DNA of 64,000 bases from Spirochaetota bacterium (GTDB lineage Bacteria > Spirochaetota > UBA12135 > COTS27 > CAXSBA01), in the NCBI GenBank assembly GCA_965224715.1, contig OZ245054.1, forward strand, positions 1,300,334 through 1,364,333, given 5' to 3'. The translations under genes and the position numbers were made by a program. The notes beneath the pieces are model-generated. The model ran no database searches, was not told the origin of the DNA, and was given only the letters and a program-made list of their open reading frames with translations. This document shows positions 38,716-46,676 of this stretch, piece by piece (position 1 is the first letter of the stretch; every line of letters begins with the position of its first letter).

Positions 38716-41700
38716 ATGTATATAAAAAGCAATCCAATCAAATTATATAAAAATAATATGTCTAAAGTCATTTATTCTATGCTCTGTTTACTGTTGATCG
38801 GACTTTACTTGTCCTGTGGAGTAACAGATGACGGAGGCACTGCTCCCAGTATAAGTTATGATCCTCTGGGGATCTCATCTTTTTTTGTTTTGGATGGAAC
38901 TCAAAATCTAATTAGTGAAAACGACACCAATGCCATACCGGTGGATGCTTCATTTTTATTGACATTCGATCAATCACTAGGAAATATGGATAGTTATGTC
39001 AATTCTTTAACCAGCCAAATAGAGCTACTGGACATGGGGGGGGGGGGGGGTAATCCCATCACTTTAAAGATTGAACCTACTCAAACAGCTAATCAAATAA
39101 AAATAACTCCAATAACTGATCTAAGCTACCACACCACCTATCAACTAACTGCAAAAAAAGGTTTAACTATCGGTAACTATCGGGCTACTAATGATATAAC
39201 CTACTCCATCACCACTGAAAAGAACTCCGACAGTTCTCTTATTGTCCTTCATAGCAATCAAGAGTTCTTTCCTAACGGAAACAACATTACCATGCTCTTT
39301 AAAGGAGCTGATGTAAGTAGTGTTATGTTCACTCTGGAAGTAGGTAAGGGAGCTACCCTCCAGGATGGTAATAACAAAGATCTATCATTAAATGAAAACA
39401 GACAATACACTACCAATATGGATTTCAGTGGTAATGCTACCCATAATTTTACCGTAACAGCCCAGGATGGAACTACCTCTGCCACTTATACCGTAGGAGT
39501 ATTAGAGCAACAGATGGGCAGCAAAGAGATTATCTCGTTTGCTTTTCGAGAAACAGATAATCCACTCCTGAAAGAGAATATTGCAATGGATATTGATTCT
39601 AATAATCGGGCTATAACTAAGACGGTTACCAATGTGGAAGGGATTACCGGTTTAATTCCAACTATTGTTCATAGTGGATCGAATATCTCTCCGGCATCGG
39701 GAGTGGCTCAGAACTTCTCCACGGCTAAAACCTATACAGTAACCGCAACTGATAATACTACATCCGACTACACGGTAACCCTAACCGGTTACTATGGGGC
39801 AACCTTCTATCTTAACGGGGGGGAAATTATAAACGCAGCTCCTACCACAGAATATATCCTTTATGGAGAGAAAGCTTCCCCTCCATCAGATCCATCTCAG
39901 CGACACTATGGATTCAAAGGATGGTATGATGCTCCTAGTGGAGGCAATGTTTTTGACTTCGATACTCCCATTACCACCCAAACCATAATCTATGCTCAAT
40001 GGACTAATGAGCAATACAAGGTGAGCTTTGAAACATATGCAGGAACTCCTATCCCCTCCGTAACGGTGAATAGCTTAACCCCTGTAGACAGGCCTGTTGA
40101 TCCTACCAGTGAGCATTATTATTCTTTGGAGGGTTGGTATAACAGAGCTTTCACTGACCGATATGATTTTAACTGGGTGGTAAGCAATAACTTTACCTTG
40201 TATGCGAAATATATCCACAAACAATATCAGGTTAGGTTTTACCAAGGAACTGATCTCTTAGACACTGTCTCAGTTGACGGTGTAACTACGATCCCTGCAT
40301 CGAACTATCCTACTTCTACTACTGCAAAACAATTGTATAAGTGGTATAGCGATAGTGGTTTAGCAAATGTTTACGATAAGAGTTCCCCGGTAGTCGGCAA
40401 TCTTGATCTCTATGCTAAGGTTCTTACTACAGATGGTACATTTAAGAGTATTATTGAAAATGGAGTTATCCCCTCTGATCTTGCTAACTATGATGATATA
40501 AGTAAGATGATCTTTTCTAATTATATAGCAGGAGCTGATGTGATGGCCCGTTATGTTAAGGAAACTGGTACTGGTAACAGTGACGGGAGCTCTTGGGCTA
40601 ATGCCAGTGGAGATATACAGGCGGTGGTTGATGGGATTGGTAATGCTATCGATAGTAAGATTTATGTGGTATTGGTGGCATCGGGGACTTATAAACCTAG
40701 TAGTAGTTATGCTATGAAGAACCATGTAGCTCTGGTAGGTGGTTTCACTGCTGGAAGTTCTGGAGACTATGGCCGATTGAAAGAAACCCGCCTTGATGGT
40801 AATAATGACAAGAGGGTGTTTAATAATAATCGTAATGACCTTGACAACGCTCTTCTCTATGGAGTGGTCATTACCAATGGTAATAGTATTTTTGGAGGCG
40901 GGATGTATAATTATTTTTCCTCCCCCACCTTGATCAATGTTACCTTCTCGGATAATGAGGCTAACTCTGTTGGAGGCGGGATGTATAATTATTTTTCCTC
41001 CCCCACCTTGATCAATGTTACCTTCTCAGAAAATACAGCTAGTGAGGGAGGCGGGATCTATAATGAAAATTCTTCCTCTACTTTGATCGATGTTACCTTC
41101 TCGGATAATGAGGCTAACTCTGTTGGAGGCGGGATGTATAATAATGGTTTTTTCTCCTCCACCTTGATCAATGTTACCTTCTCAGATAATGAGGCTGATT
41201 GGGGAGGCGGGATGTTTAATCGGGATTCTTCCCTCACCTTGATCAATGTTACCTTCTCGGGTAATACTGCTGATAGAGAAGGAGGCGGGATATCTCATGA
41301 TGGTAATGGACAACCACTTACCCTAATCAATACGATCTTGTGGGGTAATAATAATGGGAATATCTATTTATTGAATGATACTTCCGATACAGAAACTGTG
41401 AATTTGTATTACTCCGTTATTGAGGGATGGACTACTCCTTCCACCGCTGCAACAGGAATTCGTTTAGAAAGAGCTAATACTAGCACCTATCCTATTGAGA
41501 TTAACAGTAAGGAGGCTATTGACGATGATCCCGGACTAGGCCCCTTAGCCAATCATGGAGGTGGAATCAACACCATCTCTATCGGTAACAATAGCCCGGC
41601 CAAGGATAAGGGAGTCTATGTGAGGGGAGTGAAAAACGAAATAGGAAATCCTTATCCGGAAGCCAATCTCTATTACAGCATAGACAATACCGATTGGTAT

Positions 41701-41835
41701 AGCGATCCCGATTTGACCACACAAGAGAGTCTTCCGAACAATGCGGATGATCTTACCACCACTGATGCCCGCAGATATGGTCGGGTAGGTCGCCCGGACA
41801 TGGGGGCCTATGAAGAGGGGGGGACTGCACCGTAA
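38716..41835 (+). CDS. Large multidomain surface lipoprotein: Ig-like domains, Listeria-Bacteroides (Flg_new) repeats and a C-terminal right-handed beta-helix
   Basis: The signal peptide ends in the lipobox LYLSCG. The N-terminal Ig-like module is IPVDASFLLTFDQSL...TTYQLTAKKGL. Three Flg_new-type repeats are present (e.g. ATFYLNGG...YGFKGWYDAPSGGNVFDFDTPIT..T.IYAQW). Five tandem approximately 26-aa beta-helix coils follow (GGGMYNYFSSPTLINVTFSDNEANSV). An alternative start lies at 38758. Confidence 0.8.
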   Translation: MYIKSNPIKLYKNNMSKVIYSMLCLLLIGLYLSCGVTDDGGTAPSISYDPLGISSFFVLDGTQNLISENDTNAIPVDASFLLTFDQSLGNMDSYVNSLTSQIELLDMGGGGGNPITLKIEPTQTANQIKITPITDLSYHTTYQLTAKKGLTIGNYRATNDITYSITTEKNSDSSLIVLHSNQEFFPNGNNITMLFKGADVSSVMFTLEVGKGATLQDGNNKDLSLNENRQYTTNMDFSGNATHNFTVTAQDGTTSATYTVGVLEQQMGSKEIISFAFRETDNPLLKENIAMDIDSNNRAITKTVTNVEGITGLIPTIVHSGSNISPASGVAQNFSTAKTYTVTATDNTTSDYTVTLTGYYGATFYLNGGEIINAAPTTEYILYGEKASPPSDPSQRHYGFKGWYDAPSGGNVFDFDTPITTQTIIYAQWTNEQYKVSFETYAGTPIPSVTVNSLTPVDRPVDPTSEHYYSLEGWYNRAFTDRYDFNWVVSNNFTLYAKYIHKQYQVRFYQGTDLLDTVSVDGVTTIPASNYPTSTTAKQLYKWYSDSGLANVYDKSSPVVGNLDLYAKVLTTDGTFKSIIENGVIPSDLANYDDISKMIFSNYIAGADVMARYVKETGTGNSDGSSWANASGDIQAVVDGIGNAIDSKIYVVLVASGTYKPSSSYAMKNHVALVGGFTAGSSGDYGRLKETRLDGNNDKRVFNNNRNDLDNALLYGVVITNGNSIFGGGMYNYFSSPTLINVTFSDNEANSVGGGMYNYFSSPTLINVTFSENTASEGGGIYNENSSSTLIDVTFSDNEANSVGGGMYNNGFFSSTLINVTFSDNEADWGGGMFNRDSSLTLINVTFSGNTADREGGGISHDGNGQPLTLINTILWGNNNGNIYLLNDTSDTETVNLYYSVIEGWTTPSTAATGIRLERANTSTYPIEINSKEAIDDDPGLGPLANHGGGINTISIGNNSPAKDKGVYVRGVKNEIGNPYPEANLYYSIDNTDWYSDPDLTTQESLPNNADDLTTTDARRYGRVGRPDMGAYEEGGTAP
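39036..39050 (+). repeat. Homopolymeric G15 tract, in frame (encodes Gly5) in the intact lipoprotein gene
   Basis: I counted it directly as gacatGGGGGGGGGGGGGGGtaat. It is translated as LLDMGGGGGNPI. Confidence 0.95.
40894..41289 (+). repeat. Five tandem ~78-bp coding repeats (beta-helix coils) with near-identical DNA
   Basis: Units start with GGAGGCGGG at 40894, 40972, ~41048, 41126, 41205 (and 41281). The first two units are almost identical at the nucleotide level. Confidence 0.85.
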
Positions 41836-41850
41836 TAGCTTTTAATCCTG

Positions 41851-41883
41851 GATTTCCCCTTTAAGAAAAAGGGGAAATCTTTT
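41851..41883 (+). terminator. Rho-independent terminator of the lipoprotein gene
   Basis: An 11-bp stem GATTTCCCCTT/AAGGGGAAATC with a 7-nt loop is followed by TTTT, 16 nt after the stop codon. Confidence 0.75.
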
Positions 41884-41923
41884 GCATACAATTAAATTCA
41901 AGTTTTATAATGATTGTTTAAAC

Positions 41924-41952
41924 TTGACAAAATTATTTTTTCATGATATATT
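41924..41952 (+). promoter_or_regulatory. Orphan consensus-like sigma-70 promoter (TTGACA-N17-TGaTATATT) with no annotated gene downstream
   Basis: TTGACA is at 41924-41929, followed by a 17-nt spacer and an extended -10 TGaTATATT ending at 41952. The next ~800 bp have no ORF of 60 aa or more on this strand, apart from the repeat artefact. Confidence 0.45.
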
Positions 41953-42259
41953 TTATGTAGAAAACAAAATTGATGTTTCCTTTGATGTACCTTAGGGAGA
42001 ATTCAAGAATTTTCCCTAAGGTTAGTTTCGCTAGGTATCCTAAATATTTGTGTCTCGCTTATAGCATAAAGAATGGTTCTAGTTGTTACAGGGATTTCCC
42101 ATGTAGGTTTCGCTTACGTTGGAGCATGGTATTGAGTTTATGTTAATGATTGGCAGACGAATAGAGGACTAGTTTTCAATCGTAAGAATAGATATTTTCA
42201 TTTGTTCAGTTTATCGCCTCCCCCTGACCCTTCAATTTCACTTGGGGGATTGGGGGAGG

Positions 42260-42368
42260 AAATCACAAATCACAAATCACAAATCACAAATCACAAATCA
42301 CAAATCACAAATCACAAATCACAAATCACAAATCACAAATCACAAATCACAAATCACAAATCACAAAT
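42260..42368. repeat. Heptanucleotide microsatellite (CACAAAT), ~15.5 units
   Basis: A perfect 7-bp periodicity runs over 109 bp. It generates the artefactual ITNHKSQ x5 ORF at 42202..42405. Confidence 0.95.
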
Positions 42369-42406
42369 ATGTTGGCCGAAGTCTATGAATGATATAAATT
42401 ATTAAT

Positions 42407-42597
42407 ATTTACTAAAAATAAAGAAATAGAAAGCCAGATTTATATATGATATGTAAATTTTTGTGTATCTCTGCAGTTCTATCTCCATTCAAAATTTTTC
42501 TATTTTTTAGTAATTTTTATTAACCGCAGAGGTTGTTGATTTTTTTTACTGTATCACAAGATAAACTTTATTATCTAGAAAAATTCTAAATTATTTT
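42407..42597 (+). repeat. Intergenic repeat family, copy C (core 42506-42597)
   Basis: It aligns end to end with copy A (33683-33895) and ends with the same CTAGAAAAATTCTAAATTATTTT. Confidence 0.8.
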
Positions 42598-42757
42598 GTA
42601 TTTGAGAACTGTCAATAATTTATAATAATCAAGTATCTATTGAAGTCATGGAAGTATTTCCATGAGGATTATTACAAGCTAATTACAATTAAAACATATT
42701 ATTTCTCTATGTGATATTTTTTTGTATAGTTCTATACAGAAACTCATAACTTCAAAA

Positions 42758-43303
42758 CTAAAAGTAATAGTCCCAAACTGCAGAGATAAAGTAATAGATA
42801 GTTATCATGGTCAATATTATTTTGAATAAAAACATGGCTATGTTTAGGAGAGTAGCATATCCCGTAGCTTTAAGAGAATAGCCAATAGAGGAGAGGTTGA
42901 GGGTTTTTCTATGATATAGTTCGCCAGTGAATGTACCAATGATTCCACCGATAATAACTCCGATTGGCGGGAAGAAAAAAAGACCGATGAATATCCCGAT
43001 AAACGCCCCCCAAACTCCTGAGGATGAAAATTTGAAAACTTTGCTACCAATGACCGGGAGAATAAAGTCGCTGATCAGGGATAGTAGATGAATACTACCT
43101 AAGACAATTAATAATGTTATAGTGATAGTAAAGGGATCTTCATCACCCGGTAAGTTGGAAATTTTATTAGGAACTAATAGATACCAAAGCAAAATACTAA
43201 TATAGGATAAGATCGGACCGCCAGGTATGACAGGGATTATTATGCTAATTAAAGCGATAAAGATCAGTAATGAACCGGCGATAACAACTATTTCTGGAAT
43301 CAC
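42758..43303 (-). CDS. Small integral membrane protein (DUF456-like)
   Basis: The 181-aa protein has 4-5 hydrophobic helices, the N-terminal IIPVIPGGPIL motif and glycine-rich helices. The family assignment is by eye only. Confidence 0.45.
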   Translation of the reverse strand: MIPEIVVIAGSLLIFIALISIIIPVIPGGPILSYISILLWYLLVPNKISNLPGDEDPFTITITLLIVLGSIHLLSLISDFILPVIGSKVFKFSSSGVWGAFIGIFIGLFFFPPIGVIIGGIIGTFTGELYHRKTLNLSSIGYSLKATGYATLLNIAMFLFKIILTMITIYYFISAVWDYYF

Positions 43304-43305
43304 AT

Positions 43306-45060
43306 TTAATACATCTTCTTTATTTCATGGGAATACTTTTCTAATAAAAATTTACGGCGAATGTTCATTTTTGGGGTAATCTCACCTTCTTCAATAGAAA
43401 GCCGTTTCCAAATAGGTTTGAATTTGACGATCTTTTCCCATGAATTCAACTCGTCATTAATCTTTTTGATGTATTCTTTTAGATTTTCTTCACAGCTATC
43501 TCGATTTTCCTGTTCGGTATTCATAAAAAAAAGAGCACTGACATATTTCTTATTATCTGCTACGATTAGGGCAGTATCCACATAGAGATTTAATTCTAAT
43601 TTCTGCTCCAAGGGTAGAGGGGCAATATATTTTCCATTAGAGAGTTTATAGAGGTCTTTTATTCTTCCGGTGATTATCAAATTACCTTCATTATCCAGTT
43701 TTCCCTGATCACCAGTTTTAAACCAACCATCCCGGGTTATAACTTCTTTGGTCAATTTGGGCTTTTTATAATAACCTTCCATTACTGAAGGACTTTTAGT
43801 TAGAATTTCTTCATCTTCAATTTTTACCTTAATTCCGGGAAAGAGTGGCCCTACGGTATAAGGTTTATTATAGGTTAGATGATTGGTGGAAATGATGGGA
43901 GAGGTTTCAGTAAGTCCATAACCTTCTACCACATTGACTCCAATGTTTATAAAAAATCTCAGAATTTGATGAGGTAAAGCTGCTCCTCCATTGACGATTA
44001 CCTTAAAATTATCTCCTAGGGCTTGACGGAATTTTTTATAAACTAATTTTTCAAAAATAGGGTAAAGAATACTATGTTGAGGGTTGTCTTTAGACGATTT
44101 GGGAAGTGAATGGCTCTCTGCATACTCTATTGCTTTTGTTATCAGTATCTTTTTGATTCCTTTTTGTTGTTTAGAGGCAGAACTCATCCTTTCATATACT
44201 TTGCCTAAGATTCTGGGAACAACGGTCATTATTGTGGGACGGATCTCTCTAATGTTGTCTCCTAATTGATTGAGATTGGGAGAAAAATAAATAGAAATAT
44301 TTTGAGCCAAAAAAAAGTTGATAATAGTATGCTCAAAGATATGAGCAAGAGGAAGACAGCTCACAGCATAATCCTGACCAGATATTAACGGAAACCTTTT
44401 GGGGATTCCATTGGTTTGATGAAGAAGATTGTGGTGGGTAAGCATGACTCCCTTAGGTTCACCCGTAGAACCACTGGTATAGATGATTATTGCTATTTGT
44501 TTTCTTGGAATTTTTTTTAAATCAGTAATAAAACTATCTCTTTTAGTTTTTTTTGATTGAAGTGACTTCTTTCCTAATTCGATAATTTCTGTAAATGAAA
44601 TAAACTTTTTTTTATATTTTTTTGGAATATTGCTGACTTTGATATCGTCGTAAACAATCCTTTTAAGTTTTTCTAGAAACGGTTTTATGGTGATTAACGC
44701 CTCTTGGCTACAAATGAAAATATATCGCATGCCAGTTTCTTTGATCTGATATCGGAGATTGGTTTGAGAAATATTAACAAATGCAGGCACTGGAATTAAT
44801 CCACTTGCCATAATACTTTGGGAATAGAATAGCCAAGTAGGGTTAGAAGGAGAGATGAGCCCAATTGGCTCTTGTTTTTTGAAAGTCATTTTTCTTTGTG
44901 AATGAAGTTTGTCCAATCCTAAAGTAGCTTCTTTTACGATACTAAGGAATTCACTTCCAGAGTAACTTATCCAAGTATTATTTTTCTTAATGTTAAGTAG
45001 CCGAGGATTAGTCAGTTTACTTGTAAAAAAAAGATAAGGAATGTTCAAATTCAATCTCAA
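43306..45060 (-). CDS. Long-chain fatty acid--CoA ligase (AMP-forming)
   Basis: The AMP-binding motif is IIYTSGSTGEPKGVMLTHHNL. Other matching blocks are GYGLTETSP, TGD.G..D..G.L.ITGR.KD and KLSNGKYIAP. Confidence 0.85.
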   Translation of the reverse strand: MRLNLNIPYLFFTSKLTNPRLLNIKKNNTWISYSGSEFLSIVKEATLGLDKLHSQRKMTFKKQEPIGLISPSNPTWLFYSQSIMASGLIPVPAFVNISQTNLRYQIKETGMRYIFICSQEALITIKPFLEKLKRIVYDDIKVSNIPKKYKKKFISFTEIIELGKKSLQSKKTKRDSFITDLKKIPRKQIAIIIYTSGSTGEPKGVMLTHHNLLHQTNGIPKRFPLISGQDYAVSCLPLAHIFEHTIINFFLAQNISIYFSPNLNQLGDNIREIRPTIMTVVPRILGKVYERMSSASKQQKGIKKILITKAIEYAESHSLPKSSKDNPQHSILYPIFEKLVYKKFRQALGDNFKVIVNGGAALPHQILRFFINIGVNVVEGYGLTETSPIISTNHLTYNKPYTVGPLFPGIKVKIEDEEILTKSPSVMEGYYKKPKLTKEVITRDGWFKTGDQGKLDNEGNLIITGRIKDLYKLSNGKYIAPLPLEQKLELNLYVDTALIVADNKKYVSALFFMNTEQENRDSCEENLKEYIKKINDELNSWEKIVKFKPIWKRLSIEEGEITPKMNIRRKFLLEKYSHEIKKMY

Positions 45061-45142
45061 AACATTTTAGAGTGTTTTAATAATTATATCATAGTAATTT
45101 CAGTTATAATGTAACTAGTTTTATTTCTAATTTTTTTTATCA

Positions 45143-46129
45143 TTGTTTTTAATTAGAATGGGGCATGTATCCATTAATCACTTTTTACTTCTAATAACTT
45201 CCATAATTTGGGGGAGTGCCTTTATTTTTCAAAAAACCGCTATGGACAACATTGATCCCTATTTATATTCTTCACTCCGTTTTTTTGCTGGAGCTTTTTC
45301 TCTCATCCCGATTACTCTATTTGTCCAACGAAGAGATCTTTTTTTCAGAGTAACTGTAAAAAAAAAATCTACACCAAAATTAAGAGTTAAATGGGCATAT
45401 TTAAAAAATTTATTTTTAAAAAGGAATATACTTAGAAGTGGATTTATAGCTGGGATTATTCTTACCTTAGGAGTGAATCTTCAACAAGTGGCTCTATATT
45501 ATACTCAGGTTGCTAAGGTGAGTTTTATTACTAGTTTTTATATTCTTTTTGTCCCTTTCATTGGAATATTTTTAGGTAGAAGTCTATCTAAAAATATCTT
45601 TATCGCTGCTATAGTAGCTGTCATGGGCTTTTATTTTCTCAGCCATAAGGATACAGGTTATAGTGGATTAGGAGGATTTTTAGCTAGTTTTCAAAGAGGT
45701 GATGTTATAACATTGATTTCCTCTTTTTTCTGGGCTCTACATATCGTTTATATCGATACATGTTCCAAGAAATTGGATAATTTTATTTTTTCTTTTCTAC
45801 AGTTCTTTTTCTGCGGGCTTCTTACTCTAACTTTTGTGATTACATCTGGTATTGAAATATCTTGGAACCAAATTAATGCGGCTAGTACGGAAATTTTATA
45901 TGGTGGAATAGTTTCTGTAGGTATTGGATATACTTTACAAGTTTTTGGTCAACAAAAGGTAGCCCCACATATGGCAGCTTTAATTGTTAGTCTAGAAGCA
46001 ATTTTTGCAACTTTTTTTGAAATGATTATACTGAAAGCTTTTCTTTCGTGGATAGAAGTTTTTGGATGTTTTTTATTATTTTTATCAGTGATTTACTCAC
46101 AACTCTCTGACAAAAAAGTTGATATTTGA
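45143..46129 (+). CDS. EamA/DMT-family transporter
   Basis: The protein has ten predicted helices and the start IIWGSAFIFQKTAM is EamA-type. The true start is possibly the ATG at 45158. Confidence 0.65.
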   Translation: MFLIRMGHVSINHFLLLITSIIWGSAFIFQKTAMDNIDPYLYSSLRFFAGAFSLIPITLFVQRRDLFFRVTVKKKSTPKLRVKWAYLKNLFLKRNILRSGFIAGIILTLGVNLQQVALYYTQVAKVSFITSFYILFVPFIGIFLGRSLSKNIFIAAIVAVMGFYFLSHKDTGYSGLGGFLASFQRGDVITLISSFFWALHIVYIDTCSKKLDNFIFSFLQFFFCGLLTLTFVITSGIEISWNQINAASTEILYGGIVSVGIGYTLQVFGQQKVAPHMAALIVSLEAIFATFFEMIILKAFLSWIEVFGCFLLFLSVIYSQLSDKKVDI

Positions 46130-46446
46130 AGTTATTTTGAATTGTAAATTCAAAGAATGAAATGATCCGTAAAGAAAAATTAACGTTTAAAAATAAAGAA
46201 AATCATAGTTCTAAATAGATTAGAGTAAAATTTATTTATATAAATCTGAATAGAAAAATACCTTTTTCCTGTTTCAAAAAAGGAAATCAGAGAAAAACTT
46301 CTTTTATCTTTTAAATATTAGCTAAATCAATATCTTTCAGAGAAGTGAAATATTAATCGTATTTTTAAAGAATTTTTTTCTAAAAAGATAATAATTATGA
46401 TAAATATTCTTCCGTTTACTTAGAGAAATCAACATTAAACTTTTTA

Positions 46447-46556
46447 CTTGGAAAAATCTTAAATAACTTTAACTTTTTACTTTTTTAAAGATTTATCTTA
46501 AAAAATCTATTCAATTTGTTTTTTGAACTCAGAGTTTATTTATTTTATGTTATAAT
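46447..46556 (+). promoter_or_regulatory. glnA upstream module homologous to the liv upstream region, plus extended -10 (TGtTATAAT, 46548-46556)
   Basis: 46447-46541 aligns with 33871-33965 at ~70% ungapped identity, including the 13-nt identical AATTTGTTTTTTG. The -10 lacks a good -35. Confidence 0.5.
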
Positions 46557-46676
46557 GATATAAAAGGTTGAAGATTTTTATGAAATTTAATTTTTGTATT
46601 TTAGCTATATATATCTAAATATTGGAAGCCTTTAATAATATTAAATAGATTATATGAGAGGTAAACTTAAAAGAAA

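Noticed and set aside
41973-42146. 57-codon ORF (MFPLMYLRENSRIFPKVSFARYPKYLCLAYSIKNGSSCYRDFPCRFRLRWSMVLSLC*) downstream of the orphan promoter, considered as a standalone CDS
   Set aside because: It has no RBS, and its composition is unlike neighbouring genes. It spans the strong hairpin. I kept it only as an alternative interpretation within the orphan-promoter finding.
42202-42405. 67-aa ORF encoding (ITNHKSQ)x5
   Set aside because: The reading frame is open only because 3 x 7-bp repeat units happen to lack stops. It has no ATG start context and no RBS. It is an artefact of the CACAAAT microsatellite.
46580-46618. 12-codon uORF (MKFNFCILAIYI*) in the presumed glnA leader
   Set aside because: It has no convincing Shine-Dalgarno sequence and no Gln/Asn-rich sensing codons. 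Short ATG...stop frames are frequent in AT-rich leaders.
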